From: Eledone cirrhosa
Lineage: Eukaryota
Length of the DNA stretch: 64,000 bases
Assembly (NCBI GenBank): GCA_964016885.1
Contig: OZ024742.1
Coordinates: forward strand, 303,242,001 to 303,306,000
Reading direction: 5' to 3'
Shown here: one piece after another, positions 12,865 through 27,705 of the stretch
Position numbering within the stretch: position 1 is the stretch's first letter
How the letters are laid out: every line of letters starts with the position of its first letter
Notes under the pieces: generated by a model
The model's database searches: none
Told to the model about the DNA's origin: nothing
Seen by the model: the letters and a program-made list of their open reading frames with translations, nothing else
Made by a program: the position numbers and the translations under genes

Positions 12865-13751
12865 TATATCTGTAGGTGAATACTCGTATTGATTTTCTCC
12901 TGATTATTTTAATCTATTGCGTGATGCTCACTGTGATGTTTATTGTATCAGGAAAAACATCGTCTATCAGTTCTAATATATTTCTGTCTCACATATTTCA
13001 TATTGGTTTTTGGTTTAACATCACCTCGCACGTTTCTTACTTCATTGTATTTCTCCATCATTTTAAGTCTCATTAACGAGTTCTTTCCGTGTTTATTTCT
13101 TCAGCCCAAATAACTTTTGAACTACTCGGCTATGTATTCCACTATAAAGATGAGTCTGGACAATTGATATTAATTTAATTATATTTACAACCCTAGAAAA
13201 GTTCAATATTTTCCATCCAAGCCCTGTCTCATATAGATATAGAATACAACCTGATAGAAATAAATGTACGTGGAATGATCTTCGCCTAAAAAAATTACCC
13301 CAATAAATTAGAATAAAATTCTACCGTCGATTGCTGATATCAACATCAATCAATCATATACTTTTAAAGTTTGATAATAAAACGTGGATAAGTTAAATAA
13401 TAAAACGTGGAAAAGTTCTTATAGATTCTCTTTCGATTTGTGTTTGTACGAGCTGACTCCAAGTCACACGCAGTAACCTCAATAAGTAGCAAGTTATAAG
13501 ATCAAACGGGCATTATGACTAGGATAGTTGATAATTGCCATTTTGGGTGGAAAGATGCAGTTCGGTGATAGGAATATGTTTTAATTGTGTGCCTTGTGTG
13601 CTAGAGAATTATTGTTCTAGAAAATGCCGTTCTGGAAACTAATAAGCTGGTTTGATACTAAACTGAAAGTATGACAATAAAATAACGATAAAAGATATTT
13701 CTTATATGTAATTTAACAAAGTTGTTAATACTATATGACGGAAAATTGCTT

Positions 13752-14110
13752 TTACATAGACTGGATATTTCGTAGGATAAAAGCAGTCTCCATGAGTACT
13801 ATTTTCTGAATAACTTCCATGTTTGGATTCCTTGGATTTGAGAGGCAATTATCAACCCCTTTGGTATTTTTCCTAGGGCACCTACAACCACGGTTATTGT
13901 TTTCGTCTTGAATTTTGCCAGGTTCTATTTCAATATCTTTGTACATATCTAATTTTTGGTGGATCTTGACAGATACATTTATATTGATTCGGACAGTCAT
14001 GTCATTGAGGTGCAGGTCATTTCTCTGAAAACCTTCAAAATAATGTCTATTTTATTTGCATCTATCTTTCTGTCACTTTTAACTAAAAAGTTCCATAGGA
14101 GTGAGATATT
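13752..14110 (-). mobile_element. Decayed R4/Dong-type (restriction-like endonuclease) non-LTR retrotransposon C-terminus
   Basis: Translation LLWNF..SDRKIDANKIDII..NVSVK..KLDMYKDIEIE..VVGALG..IQKIVLMETAFILR matches the R4-clade REL end. Confidence 0.65.
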
Positions 14111-14399
14111 TTTCAAACTCTATAGTCATATATAATATTTTTAAATGTAAAATAAAATTATTATTTAATTCTCCAGCTGCTGTATCAATATGAATCACAA
14201 TAAAATTTCGCCGGAGATAGATTAACAAAATTGAATGAGCGGATGGGGATGGGGCATCTGAAAAATTAGTAAGTGGAGGAACGACAATTATTCAAGACCT
14301 GATAGTACGTGGTAGAGTGGCAAACCGCTAAAGACGGAGGTTACGTTGTCAGAGCTAGGACGCTGTCCCTTAGACACGAGGGGTCGAAAGCCATTTGAT

Positions 14400-14780
14400 G
14401 GTCCAGAGTGGCTTAGGTGAGGTCTAGCAACAAAGTCATAATTTGGTGCTTGCCGTCGGTGATCTTGTAGGGAGGAGAATATATGCGTTATTCCCGACAG
14501 ATCTATCCACGATATCATCTACCTCATGCGATAAATCATATTGAGGGTGGTTAAGGAACCTGGTACAGGTGAGAGCCCTAATCAATTTTGATCATATGAA
14601 ATCTTTCGATAGGGTCTACCATCGCAGCCTTACGGCAGTCATCAAAGCAGCGGGCTTGGGACCAGTTTTCAGTGGCTGGATCACAGCAATGCACAGCGAC
14701 ATTTGCTCAGTGGTCAGAGTGAATGTCCTCTCTCGAAACCATTCTACATCACTCACTCTGTTCGCCAATGTCTTCTCCTC
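14400..14780 (+). mobile_element. Decayed Tx1/L1-clade LINE reverse transcriptase fragment
   Basis: CVIPDRSIHDIIYLMR..ALINFDHMKSFDRVYH..GLGPVFSGWITAMH..VRVN resembles L1/Tx1 RT domains 2-3. Confidence 0.7.
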
Positions 14781-14948
14781 TCGTTCTTTTTGTTTGTATT
14801 TGTTATATGGGCATGTGTGCGTGTGTATTTTTATCTGATATAATTTTGACTTGACAAGGAAACAAAACAAATATCTACAACCAAACGCAAGGAAACAAAC
14901 AAACAACACACAAATGTAGGTAGGTACCCAAGGAGGAATATAGAGATT

Positions 14949-15140
14949 AATTGTTTCTACTTTTGGCACAAGGCCAGCAATTATCCCAGTGGTATTACTG
15001 GTACTTTATTTTATCGACCCCGTAAGGATGTCAGGCAAAGTTAATCTCGGTGGGATTTGAACTCAGACCATAAACGGCCGTAACTCTTTGCTGCAAAGCA
15101 TGGCGTCCGACCCTTTACCGATACTGCCAATCCACCGCCC
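14949..15140 (-). mobile_element. tRNA-derived SINE
   Basis: Reverse complement of the 12677-12864 family. Confidence 0.8.
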
Positions 15141-15539
15141 TATATAGATATTAACACGAGTTAGTTCGGGCAATAGCCTTGGAATTAATAAAGTTAATAG
15201 ACGGAGAAAATACGAAACACGGTGACTATGTTAGCTGTCAAATTAAAAGTAGATGAGGAAGAAGTTTGATGGGGATGCTGTAGATATAGGAGTTAAGAGA
15301 GTAGTAAGCTCCTCTGAAGGTATAACAAACAGTGAAAGACAGAGAGAAGGAGAAAGAGAAAGTGTGAGAGAGACGAGCAAGAAAAAGAGAGAAAGAGATA
15401 GATAGAAATAGAGGTAGATAGATACATACATAGATAAATAGATAGGTAGAGAGAAAGACAGAAAGAGAAATAAAGAAGGGGAAAGACAGAGAGTGAGAGA
15501 AAGAGAAAGAGAGACATAGATCATAGATAGATAGATAAA

Positions 15540-15650
<111 letters not shown>

Positions 15651-15722
15651 ATTCTTGGGGATGGGCATATTTGTGTAATAATATTTACACAAATTTTATT
15701 TGTGTAATAATATTTGTGTAAT

Positions 15723-15912
15723 AATTGTTTCTACTTTTTGGCACAAGGCCAGCAATTACCCAGTTCATTACTGGTACTTTATTTTATCGACCCCGTAAGG
15801 ATGAAAGGCAAAGTTAACTTCGGCGGGATTTGAACTCAGAATAGCAAGGGCCGTAACTCTATGCATCAAAGCATGGCGTCAGACCCTCTACCGATACTGC
15901 CAATCCACTGCC
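15723..15912 (-). mobile_element. tRNA-derived SINE
   Basis: Reverse complement of the 12677-12864 family. Confidence 0.8.
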
Positions 15913-15959
15913 TTTGTGCCATTTGTGTAATAATATTTACAGATTAAGTGCCTTTAAAG

Positions 15960-17118
<1,159 letters not shown>

Positions 17119-17272
17119 GATAAGCAGAACAAGTAAAATTCAATCAATTCTTTAAAATACATTAAAAAATATAATATAAATATTTACCTCTCCTAGTGGC
17201 CCTTACTGATCAGTTTCGCTTTGTAAAACCTCATAAACCCGATGGATGTTTAGCCCTAGGAAAGGAAAATGC

Positions 17273-17351
17273 TTCTCTGATGAGCTTTGGTTTTCCATCA
17301 GAAATCCATCGGATTTATGAGGTTTTACAAAGCGAAACTGATCAGTAAGGG
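17273..17351 (+). ncRNA. Type I hammerhead in a fold-back PLE/retrozyme fragment (17112-17545)
   Basis: ttct-CTGATGA-GCTTTG..CAAAGC-GAAA-CTGATCAG-TA-aggg with palindromic stem III. 17112-17247 is an inverted copy of the 3' half. Confidence 0.8.
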
Positions 17352-17541
17352 CCACTAGGAGACGTAAATATTTATATTATAATTTTTAATGTATTTTAAA
17401 GAATTGATTGAATTTTACTTGTTCTGCTTATCTTAATATTAAAGTTCTGGTGTATCAAATTAATACCATTGAACAACCTTGAATCATAGACAACTTATGT
17501 ATTTCTAGGGGTACCTAGTATCCTTGGACATATTAACTTCA

Positions 17542-17613
<72 letters not shown>

Positions 17614-17774
17614 CAGCAGGAGAAGTAATTTGGATTTCACAATGATACCTATGGTGTTGTTCATAAACATATAAATCTGATACTAATCTGAACGGGTAGC
17701 TAAACTGCTCTCAATGCAAGAGTAAGTTAGGCAGTTAATATAAAGTTATCACACACACACATTTATATAAGTCT

Positions 17775-17995
17775 AAAGTCTGTCTCATCAGGCCAGTGCT
17801 TATCCCTGTGTCTGTGGCATGAAGCGACTGAGAGTACAAGACTCTTCTTTGAACAGCACGCCGGTCCATCGTAGGCTTAACCCCGAGCTATTGCTGGTAC
17901 TCATTATCAGCTGAATATGCGGGAGCAACGTGAACTGAGGTGTTTTGCTCAAGAACACATCATGCAACCCAGCCCAGGAATCAAACCCACGATAT
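17775..17995 (-). mobile_element. tRNA-derived SINE (CORE/Deu-like)
   Basis: Minus strand B-box gtgggtttgattcctgg and gtgttcttgagcaaaacac core motif. Confidence 0.55.
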
Positions 17996-18132
17996 TATGT
18001 TTCCGAATGAAACAGTTCTAGTCCTGTAGAAGCCATTTCTATATTAAATATTTATACTCTGCTATGTATTGAGTATCTTATTTACTGTGGTTACCCCCGA
18101 TTGAACCCGGGATAAATTTATATATATATATA

Positions 18133-18792
18133 TATTATATTTTGAGAATAAACTCTCAGTCATTTACAATAATTAAGCTCCAGGAAGGGTCTCTTCCGAG
18201 CAGTTAATACATTTAAAGTTTACGATAAACACGAAATGTGTTTACATTGCAACAGACAAAGTTAGCTATTAATGAAATAAACTAATAAAAGTGAATACAA
18301 TTTGTCTGTCTCGATATAAGTCAATAAAGACAATATTGTATTGGCAACAGCCATGATTCCTGGACATATTTAAATTTCAAAATTCAAACCTGTTCTGTAG
18401 ACGAATTTGAACCTCGAAACCCAAATAAGTTTCGCAACGGTGGAATGTGAATTGAAAAATAAAGAGAATCGAAATGGGATAGAAATAAAAGAGTGAAATA
18501 CCCATATCTTCTGTGCTTATCAACAGGAATCCAGTAAGATTAGTATATCACACATCAAAAATTTTGCAAGACTGACTACACGTGGGTAGGCAGGCCAGAA
18601 CTAGCTATCCCACATTCACGGTGCTAGAAATAACAGCCGCTTATGCAGGATTAAGGATCAGCTCATACAATAAAGGAGCAATACATTATATTATATTTTG
18701 AGAATAAACTCTCAGTCATTTACAATAATTAAGCTCCAGGAAGGGTCTCTTCCGAGCAGTTAATACATTTAAAGTTTACGATAAACACGAAA
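18133..18792 (-). mobile_element. 556-bp retrozyme-like repeat, about 1.2 monomers
   Basis: Terminal direct repeat with 556-bp period; reverse complement of 20160-20935 but differently permuted; 3' end runs into (TA)n. Confidence 0.8.
18355..18531 (-). ncRNA. Extended type I hammerhead, U3-A8 core variant
   Basis: Reverse complement of 20611-20787. Confidence 0.75.
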
Positions 18793-19120
18793 CTCGGGAC
18801 TCACAAAAGAACCCAGCCCACCCTATAGTGGTCATGTAGGCGTCATGACAAAAGTGAGCATCCAGTCCACACTGTAAAGTGGTCGTGTAGATGCCACAAC
18901 AAAAAGCACCCAGTCCATGTTGTAAAGTGGTCGTGTAGGCAACATGGCAAAAAGCACTGTAAATGTGGTTGCCACCAGGAAGGGCATTCAGCCATAGAAA
19001 CCAAACCAAAACTAGTTCTGTATGAGCAAATCATGGTCCTCCAACCTGATCCCTCACAAAAAGGACAGCCTGTCCTACCCATGCTAGCGTGGAAGATGGA
19101 TGTTAAACGATCATGATGAT
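18793..19120 (+). mobile_element. SINE 3' part with internal ~40-bp tandem repeats and RTE-like tail
   Basis: Repeats of cagtccacactgtaaagtggtcgtgtag..aaaagca; aggaagggcattcagcc; tail cccatgctagcgtggaagatggatgttaaacgatcatgatga. Confidence 0.55.
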
Positions 19121-19335
19121 ACACACACATATATATGTATATATCTTTTTTTGTTAATGGAATAATTATATTGTGTTGTTTATAATGTAATTGAATAGCT
19201 CTGTACTATACATAGACCACTCCTCTTTCCTTTACCTTTTCTATGGAAATACTCAACACATATATATATATATATATTTTTTTTTTTCTAATTCCAACCC
19301 GTCCGTCCCCTCAATCTATTTTAATTCTCATTCTT

Positions 19336-19371
19336 TCTTCTGATGAAGGACTAGGATCCGAAACGTTAAGA
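19336..19371 (+). ncRNA. Minimal type I hammerhead (PLE-type, dimer-dependent)
   Basis: tctt-CTGATGA-a-GGA-ctagga-TCC-GAAA-CG-TT-aaga. Confidence 0.7.
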
Positions 19372-19477
19372 CCCTCTTCCTGCTATATCAAGCGTTAACC
19401 TAATATATCCCTTCTCACTTTCATATAGATTATATATTTAAAAAAAAAATCCACTGTCAATAAATACACCAGGATTT

Positions 19478-19537
19478 TTTCATTCTGATGACTGAAGCAA
19501 ATTTTGTTTGCTTTCAATAAACCACTGGTAAATGAAA
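19478..19537 (+). ncRNA. Hammerhead family C, mutated copy (G12>T)
   Basis: tttcatt-CTGATGA..TAAA-CCACTGG-TA-aatgaaa; homologous to 36153-36213 and 40965-41025. Confidence 0.6.
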
Positions 19538-19799
19538 TAATTATCTTATGTTGTTTATTACATAACTATATATATATATATATATTGAAATAGAAATAGA
19601 AGGCTTCGTTGAACATTTGACTAAATATAATAGTCTAATGGTGGGGCGTATAAACCCACTGAACGGAAAAAGATGGGTATCAGCACACATGGGAGTCAAA
19701 CCCACAGCACTCGTTTGCTGGATGAGTAGACTGCCATATATTTTTTCTATTATTGTAGGGAAAAACGGACATAAAATGATGATGATGATATATATAATA

Positions 19800-19960
19800 G
19801 GTAGCGAATTGGCAAAGTCATTAAGATATCGGATAGAATGCTTTACAGTATTCGTCCCACCTCAGTGTGCGCTTTGAGTTCAAATCCCACCGTGGTCAAC
19901 TTTACCTTTCATCCTTTCGAGGTTGATAAAAAAAAGTACCAGTCCGTTAATAGGGTCGAT
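19800..19960 (+). mobile_element. tRNA-derived SINE
   Basis: gagttcaaatcc B-box; acctttcatcctttcgaggttgataaaa..gtaccag. Confidence 0.7.
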
Positions 19961-20159
19961 TTATTATTTTTTTTTTTTTCTTTTTTCCCCTCTATAAAAA
20001 ATATCGGTTGTGTTCAGACCTGGAGAGGGTTGGACTCTGCCAGGTTTAAAAGTGCCCTAGACACACTGTATCATGATGCCTCTACGACTCCACAAGAAAT
20101 TATGGGATATTTATCCTTTTATCTTTATATACAGTATATCGAATAATAAAAAGCAAAGC

Positions 20160-20929
20160 ATTTGGGTTTCGAGGTTCAAATTCGTCTACAGAACAGGTTT
20201 GAATTTTGAAATTTAAATATGTCCAGGAATCATGGCTGTTGCCAATACAATATTGTCTTTATTGACTTATATCGAGACAGACAAATTGTATTCACTTTTA
20301 TTAGTTTATTTCATTAATAGCTAACTTTGTCTGTTGCAATGTAAACACATTTCGTGTTTATCGTAAACTTTAAATGTATTAACTGCTCGGAAGAGACCCT
20401 TCCTGGAGCTTAATTATTGTAAATGACTGAGAGTTTATTCTCAAAATATAATATAATGTATTGCTCCTTTATTGTATGAGCTGATCCTTAATCCTGCATA
20501 AGCGGCTGTTATTTCTAGCACCGTGAATGTGGGATAGCTAGTTCTGGCCTGCCTACCCACGTGTAGTCAGTCTTGCAAAATTTTTGATGTGTGATATACT
20601 AATCTTACTGGATTCCTGTTGATAAGCACAGAAGATATGGGTATTTCACTCTTTTATTTCTATCCCATTTCGATTCTCTTTATTTTTCAATTCACATTCC
20701 ACCGTTGCGAAACTTATTTGGGTTTCGAGGTTCAAATTCGTCTACAGAACAGGTTTGAATTTTGAAATTTAAATATGTCCAGGAATCATGGCTGTTGCCA
20801 ATACAATATTGTCTTTATTGACTTATATCGAGACAGACAAATTGTATTCACTTTTATTAGTTTATTTCATTAATAGCTAACTTTGTCTGTTGCAATGTAA
20901 ACACATTTCGTGTTTATCGTAAACTTTAA

Positions 20930-20935
<6 letters not shown>
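20160..20935 (+). mobile_element. 556-bp retrozyme-like tandem repeat, about 1.4 monomers
   Basis: 20161 and 20717 start identical sequence (period 556). Non-coding, one hammerhead per unit, 3' end into (TA)n. Confidence 0.8.
20611..20787 (+). ncRNA. Extended type I hammerhead, U3-A8 core variant
   Basis: gattcctg-TTGATAA-GCA..TGC-GAAA-C-(24-bp helix with 8 G.U)-G-TC-caggaatc; stem I is 8 perfect bp. Confidence 0.78.
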
Positions 20936-20963
<28 letters not shown>

Positions 20964-20987
20964 AAAAAGAGAGAGAAAGAGAGAGAA

Positions 20988-21046
<59 letters not shown>

Positions 21047-21787
21047 GAGGTAAAATCCCGACTGCTGCGCCAAGTGGTTTCAGGATTTTATTATACCCAG
21101 TCTGTGTTTCTCCAAAATTAAGTAACAAAAACAGGGTGGGTAGGGGTAAATGAGGACAGATCTGGTTCTATACGGAAGGACTATAAATGACATAAATGAG
21201 AAGAAAATGAGGGAGAGCGCAAGGACTGTTAAGCAAAGGAGAAAGAGGGGGAAATTGGAGAGATTGACAGACACTACACCTAGGTTGGGTCAGTGTTTCG
21301 GTTTTATTTTGTACTAGTAGCCACAGCTAGTTTTGCTGTTGTTGTTCCTGGTTTTTGTTGTCAGACCACCCAACACAATCATCGGGAGATTTGAAACACA
21401 CGTGTATCAGTACCATTCAATCAATCGAATGTAAAGATAAACAACTCCTAATGTGAAAGCGAATCCTTACAACTACAAATATCTAAAGTACTGAGCGTTT
21501 TTTGAGCTGTTGGCATCATACACCTATATGCCCCATCTCTAAAACATCTACATTATAGGGTCAAATAAACCTTTAAACAAAAATGGAATGACCAAGAAGA
21601 TGAGTAGAAATTAACCAATAGTATTGAATGAACACCCGTCCCCATATGGTGTCAGCTACAGAATTTTATGTTGAATCTATATGTCAGCTGGGCGTTGGAG
21701 TAGCTACATCAAAACCCACCCTGGAAATATCTCACATTGAACACAATATTACTCAGTCGCTGTCTGATAAGGTCGTAATTATAACAT

Positions 21788-21973
21788 AATTGTTTCTACT
21801 TTTGGCACAAGGCCAGCAATTACCAGTGTATTACAGGTACTTTATTTTATCGACCCCATAAGGATGAAAGGCAAAGTTAACCTCGGCGGGATTTGAACTC
21901 AGAATGGCAAGGGCCGTAACTCTATGCGTCAAAGAATGGCGTCCGACTCTCTACCGATACTGCCAATCCACCG
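21788..21973 (-). mobile_element. tRNA-derived SINE
   Basis: Reverse complement of the 12677-12864 family. Confidence 0.8.
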
Positions 21974-22180
21974 ATTATAACATAATAGATACCACATATA
22001 ACAAAAAAAAAAATGTAAATGATATGTTTCAAGCTCCTTTTTGCTTTATTATATTAATACTCCTTGTAAAACTGCGTTGGGTGCTTATGATGTTTAGTTG
22101 ATTAACGATTACATCTTGAAAAGGAACATCTGATTCCCTAACACCAAAGAACTATATATGAACACACACACATATATATT

Positions 22181-22240
<60 letters not shown>

Positions 22241-22243
<3 letters not shown>

Positions 22244-22440
22244 ATAATAACAAATGTGAAGACTAAAACCCAAAGAGGGCTCGATAAGGATAAATATATA
22301 TCAAATATATAAGAACCCTAGAGCAAATATTTATTAAAGTAACAGATTAAAGTTTAAGCAAAGAATCGCTGCTTTCACCCTTAACGAAATCTGAAAGCAG
22401 CGATTCTTTGCTTAAACTTTAATCTGTTATTTTAATAAAT
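22241..22440. mobile_element. Fold-back PLE-tail-like fragment in (TA)n
   Basis: Hairpin pairs about 22328-22376 with 22392-22440; homologous to 41120-41335. Confidence 0.6.
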
Positions 22441-22466
22441 AAATAAATATATATATAATCAGGTTT

Positions 22467-22505
<39 letters not shown>

Positions 22506-23079
22506 TTCTACTACTAATAAAAAGGACGATTTGCTAGCTCCTCATTATATATATATATACTCTTTTACTCTTTTACCTGTTTCAGCCATCCGGCTGAGGC
22601 CATGCTGGGGCACCGCCCTTGATATATATATATATATATTAGAAAGTGAGGGTTTTTTTACAAAATGAAAAATAACCTAGGTGTCCTACACGAGTGAAAG
22701 TATAAAGAAAAAAAGATGAAATCGAAAATGCAACTGGAGTCTTATTTAAAAAAATATATATATATTTATTTGGTTCCATATATATATGAAAGTATGTATA
22801 TGCAACTCATCTGTTTATATACTTGTATATATTTTAAGATAATATCGAAGAATAGGAAAAGATTGCCAGATCTAAGATCACATATACTCATAAAAACGTA
22901 CACGTAGTTATGTAGGAAAACATTTCATTGTGGAGGGGGTGTATTTTGCGTATATCTTTGAAATAGCTAAACCAATAAGACTAAACATTTCACCTGCATT
23001 TATATGTAGGCTCCCTATTGTCATATTAACATTTTAATCAATAAATATACAGAATTACGTTCGTAAGCAAATATATTCC

Positions 23080-23207
23080 TAAATCTATCTATCTATCTAT
23101 CTTTACACACACATATATATTTACATATGCTATATATATGAGTTTATATATATATATATATATAAATATATACGTATATATATTTATTGTATGTATCTTT
23201 ATATATT

Positions 23208-23247
<40 letters not shown>

Positions 23248-23346
23248 TATATATATTTATATATATATATATATATATCATATACATTACATATATGCAT
23301 ATATATATATATACATATTTACACACACATGTCTATATATTATACT

Positions 23347-23383
<37 letters not shown>

Positions 23384-23648
23384 TATGCGTTTATATAATA
23401 TATATTATGTATATTATATAAATAAATATACTGATATATATATACACATACATATATATGTGTGTGAGTGTGTGTTTATGTGTATGTGATGTGTGTGCGT
23501 GTGCGCGTGTGTGTGTGTGCGCACACACATACACAAATATATAAAATATGTATGTATATATATATATACATACATACAGACAGACATATATATATATGTA
23601 TGTATATATCTATCGTATATTTTCATATACATACTATATAATATACAT

Positions 23649-23717
<69 letters not shown>

Positions 23718-23854
23718 ATATATATATATATAATATATATATATCGTATATTTGTATATTTTCATATATATACTATATAATATATATTAAGTATATATAT
23801 ATATATATATGTTTTATATATATATAAATTACATTTATTATGCATTTTTATAAT

Positions 23855-23937
<83 letters not shown>

Positions 23938-23985
23938 ATATATATGTGTGTGTGCGCGTGTACATATATTCACATGAATACATAA
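23080..23985. repeat. Degenerate (TA)n/(TG)n/(CA)n low-complexity block
   Basis: Direct reading. Confidence 0.9.
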
Positions 23986-24208
23986 TTTGAAAGATTCATA
24001 TGGACTACAAGAGCAGGTGCATTTTTTCTTTTTAGTCAGAATCTTGGAAATATAATGCAGTATCGGGGCGGAGAGGAGGCAGCGACAAAAGAAGAAACAT
24101 TTTCAGATCTTAATTCATTCCTCCTGATGTTCATGACTACGTTGGTGTCGACAATGTCGACGACGTTGACTTTGGTGGTGGTTATTATAACATTGATGAC
24201 GATATTAG

Positions 24209-24246
<38 letters not shown>

Positions 24247-24471
24247 ACTAAAATGACATTGAGATTGTGATTATGATAATTACAACAATAAACGAAACAG
24301 CGACGAAGTTGATTTCCTATGGTGATGATCATGATAATGACGACAATGATGACGATGGTTTTGCTGCTGATAATAATAACGATGATTTTATTGAAGAAAT
24401 TGCTGTAGTTGCTACGAGAAGGTAGTTATTTACTGTTGATGGTGATAAAGAAGTTATAGTCTTTATTAAGC

Positions 24472-24708
24472 AAATACCGGGGATTGTCTGACCCCTTCAT
24501 CTCGGCACCAGTCGCCATCGAGACCTCACGCATACTTGCACCCCGTACTGTCGCGCTCCTCCGGTAGATTAGAACGTAGGCGGCCTGTCTGAGGAAAGAG
24601 ACCCGCAAGATAGGGTGGCTGTTGCAGCGGGAGTCGCTGGCCATTGTCCGCGGGAATGCTTTTGCGGTCTTGTCCGAGGAAAGTAGCCCCATTACTAGCG
24701 TGGCCTAG
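24472..24708 (+). mobile_element. CRE-clade non-LTR retrotransposon C-terminal (REL endonuclease) fragment
   Basis: KYRGLSDPFISAPVAIETS..LLR*IRT*..WLLQRESLAIVRGNAFAVL matches the CRE C-terminal pattern P-x-A-I-E-T / QR-x-S-x-AI-x-RGNA; two stops. Confidence 0.7.
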
Positions 24709-25497
24709 GCCCAGAGCACAATCACCCTCCCCTCCTCTCCCTATTTCTGTGACACTAGAGCCCTTGCCATTCCCTTGCTCTTCCGTTCATTTTTATATTT
24801 TCTTATTTTACATTCCATTCTTTCTTCTCAATCTAAACTTCCCTTTTTCCCTTTTCTATTAAATTATATTCATAAATTATTACAACGAATATATAAGGTT
24901 TTACTACATCTTAGGTATCGTATAATGTCCTACAATGTGTTGTTACTTTGATCGTCAGTGAGTTAACTGATAGGACCCCTTCAACATACATCGCAAATTG
25001 TATCGTTAATAGGTAGGCAAAAATATATTGCAGTATCTTTTCCGACTTTGTGATATGCGTTCATATCCTTTTGAATCCATCCTTTCGGGTTAGAAACATA
25101 TAATAGCCATTTACAGACTTGGATTGACAGAAGTTTTAAAGGATCAGACGAAATGTTCCCTGGTAATTGTATATATCCCTGTTGCACACTGATTTCATCA
25201 AATATCAAATCCATAATTAAATAATAAATCTGACGATGCATACTGTAGGGAATAGACACAAAGACTATAACATCAAGATCATGCTGTATCGTTTAACATT
25301 GTTCTACAACCACTGCTTCAAAGAAAAATTAAGATATCTGCTGGAAGTCCTTTGATCATAGGTCAAATCAACGAGGGCTAATTTAGGGTTAAACAATATA
25401 AAACGATCCACAGCACATAATCTACATATTAATAAAATAACACAAATCCTTATATAATGGACCCTCAATACTGGGACCCCAATAAATCAAACAGCCC

Positions 25498-25655
25498 GGC
25501 GCCATGCTTTACAGCAAAAGAGTTACGGCCCTTTATTATCTGAGTTCAAATACCGCCGAGGTTAACTTTGCCTTTCATCCTTACGGGGTCGAGAGAAAAA
25601 AGTACTAGTAATACACTGGAATAATGGCAGGCCTTGTGCCAAAAGTAGAAACAAT
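25498..25655 (+). mobile_element. tRNA-derived SINE, 5'-truncated
   Basis: Same family as 12677-12864. Confidence 0.75.
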
Positions 25656-26557
25656 TAAATACAAATACCATTCAATTGTTTAACACAATCCATACTTCGC
25701 ACATTTTCGGTAAACAAGCATCGATGAAAATAAAATATGTAGGAAATGCAAAACCCTTTTAAAAATACACCTGTTGGTCTTTTTAGAAACTTACATGAAA
25801 CTCTTGAAAAGGTAAGCAATATAATGCAATAAGATGTATATTTACGACCAGGTTTAGTGGTGAGAGGTCATGAGATGGGGAAAACCGAAACCATCTAGGT
25901 TTATTCATGACAATGGTGATCTATTAGGACACATTTGAAAGGACATAACGTAACAGCTGGACTTATTGTATTACATGAACGATGTATAAAACTGAGTGAG
26001 TTGAAGAAAAAACATTCAATACAAAAAAAACAAAAAAACTAAAACAAATCAGGCCTGGAAACAACAGTTTAGAAAAGGAAAGAAGCGAAAATATGCAATC
26101 AAGGAACTACGCAAATACAGGGTTGCCCTGAGAATAAAGGATAAATGCTATCAGTGAATAACAGATCAAGAGATGTATGTGTCTTTGTTTAAACCATACT
26201 AATAACTGCCTTCTACCTGTCAGCAAATTTACTGCTTAATGCTTCCCTCACCCAAATTCCCCATTACATTCATCGCTAATGAGAACATGAAGTAATTCGT
26301 GAGGGTTTGACTGAACAGGAAAATCTATGTTGAATGTCTTTTTTCTAGCTTGTCTAACATGCAATCTTTTTCGATGCTGCAACCAGAGGAAAACTGCTTG
26401 AGAACCGTGACCAAAGAAACATGAAGATTCCGTATTGCGATGAACAAGCCTGTCATCCGGATGCATCAAACCCATGCCAATAGCTGTTTGATAGTGCTCT
26501 ACAGATATCTGAATATAATAGACAGGACCAGATTGACCCGACTCCCATGCCTGCAGC

Positions 26558-26630
<73 letters not shown>

Positions 26631-26653
26631 CATATATATATATATATAATATA

Positions 26654-26725
<72 letters not shown>

Positions 26726-27092
26726 CTCAATACCAGGAAATCAGAGATAGAAAATACCTTTAATGAATTGACAAAGGAACTCAAGAAAAGTAAAACAAAT
26801 GTTAAGGGACGCAAAATATAATAGTAGTGATAATTTTAATAAGTGAAATGATTGTTTATTTTGTTTCGTTTTAACTCAGATCTTATCCCGTTTTCTTCTC
26901 TTATATAATGTGCAATTCATTACCGTGGGTGTGTTTCTTCGTTAAAGATGAAAAGGACTAGGTTGAAAGGAATTCGACGACAACGTCAGAAAGATAGGTT
27001 GTCGTTGGTTTGATCACACAGTAGGTGATCAGAGAAAATGATAAGTGATGAAAATAATTATTAAAAGCCATTGATACCACATAGATCAAAAT

Positions 27093-27705
<613 letters not shown>

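Noticed and set aside
18815-18970. About 40-bp repeats resembling a CRISPR array, plus nearby gctagaaata resembling an sgRNA scaffold word
   Set aside because: The repeats are contiguous with no unique spacers, lie within a SINE, have no cas genes and are in eukaryotic context; the short match is coincidental.
24981-25259. 92-aa non-repetitive minus-strand ORF
   Set aside because: GTG start, no recognisable motif and no supporting splice or homology evidence.
26253-26508. Possible minus-strand host exon (tattcag acceptor, open frame, GTGAG donor)
   Set aside because: The peptide is not recognisable, no partner exons were found, and the plus strand weakly resembles a decayed LINE RT (EQENL..FFDAATRGKLL). 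Unresolved without RNA-seq.
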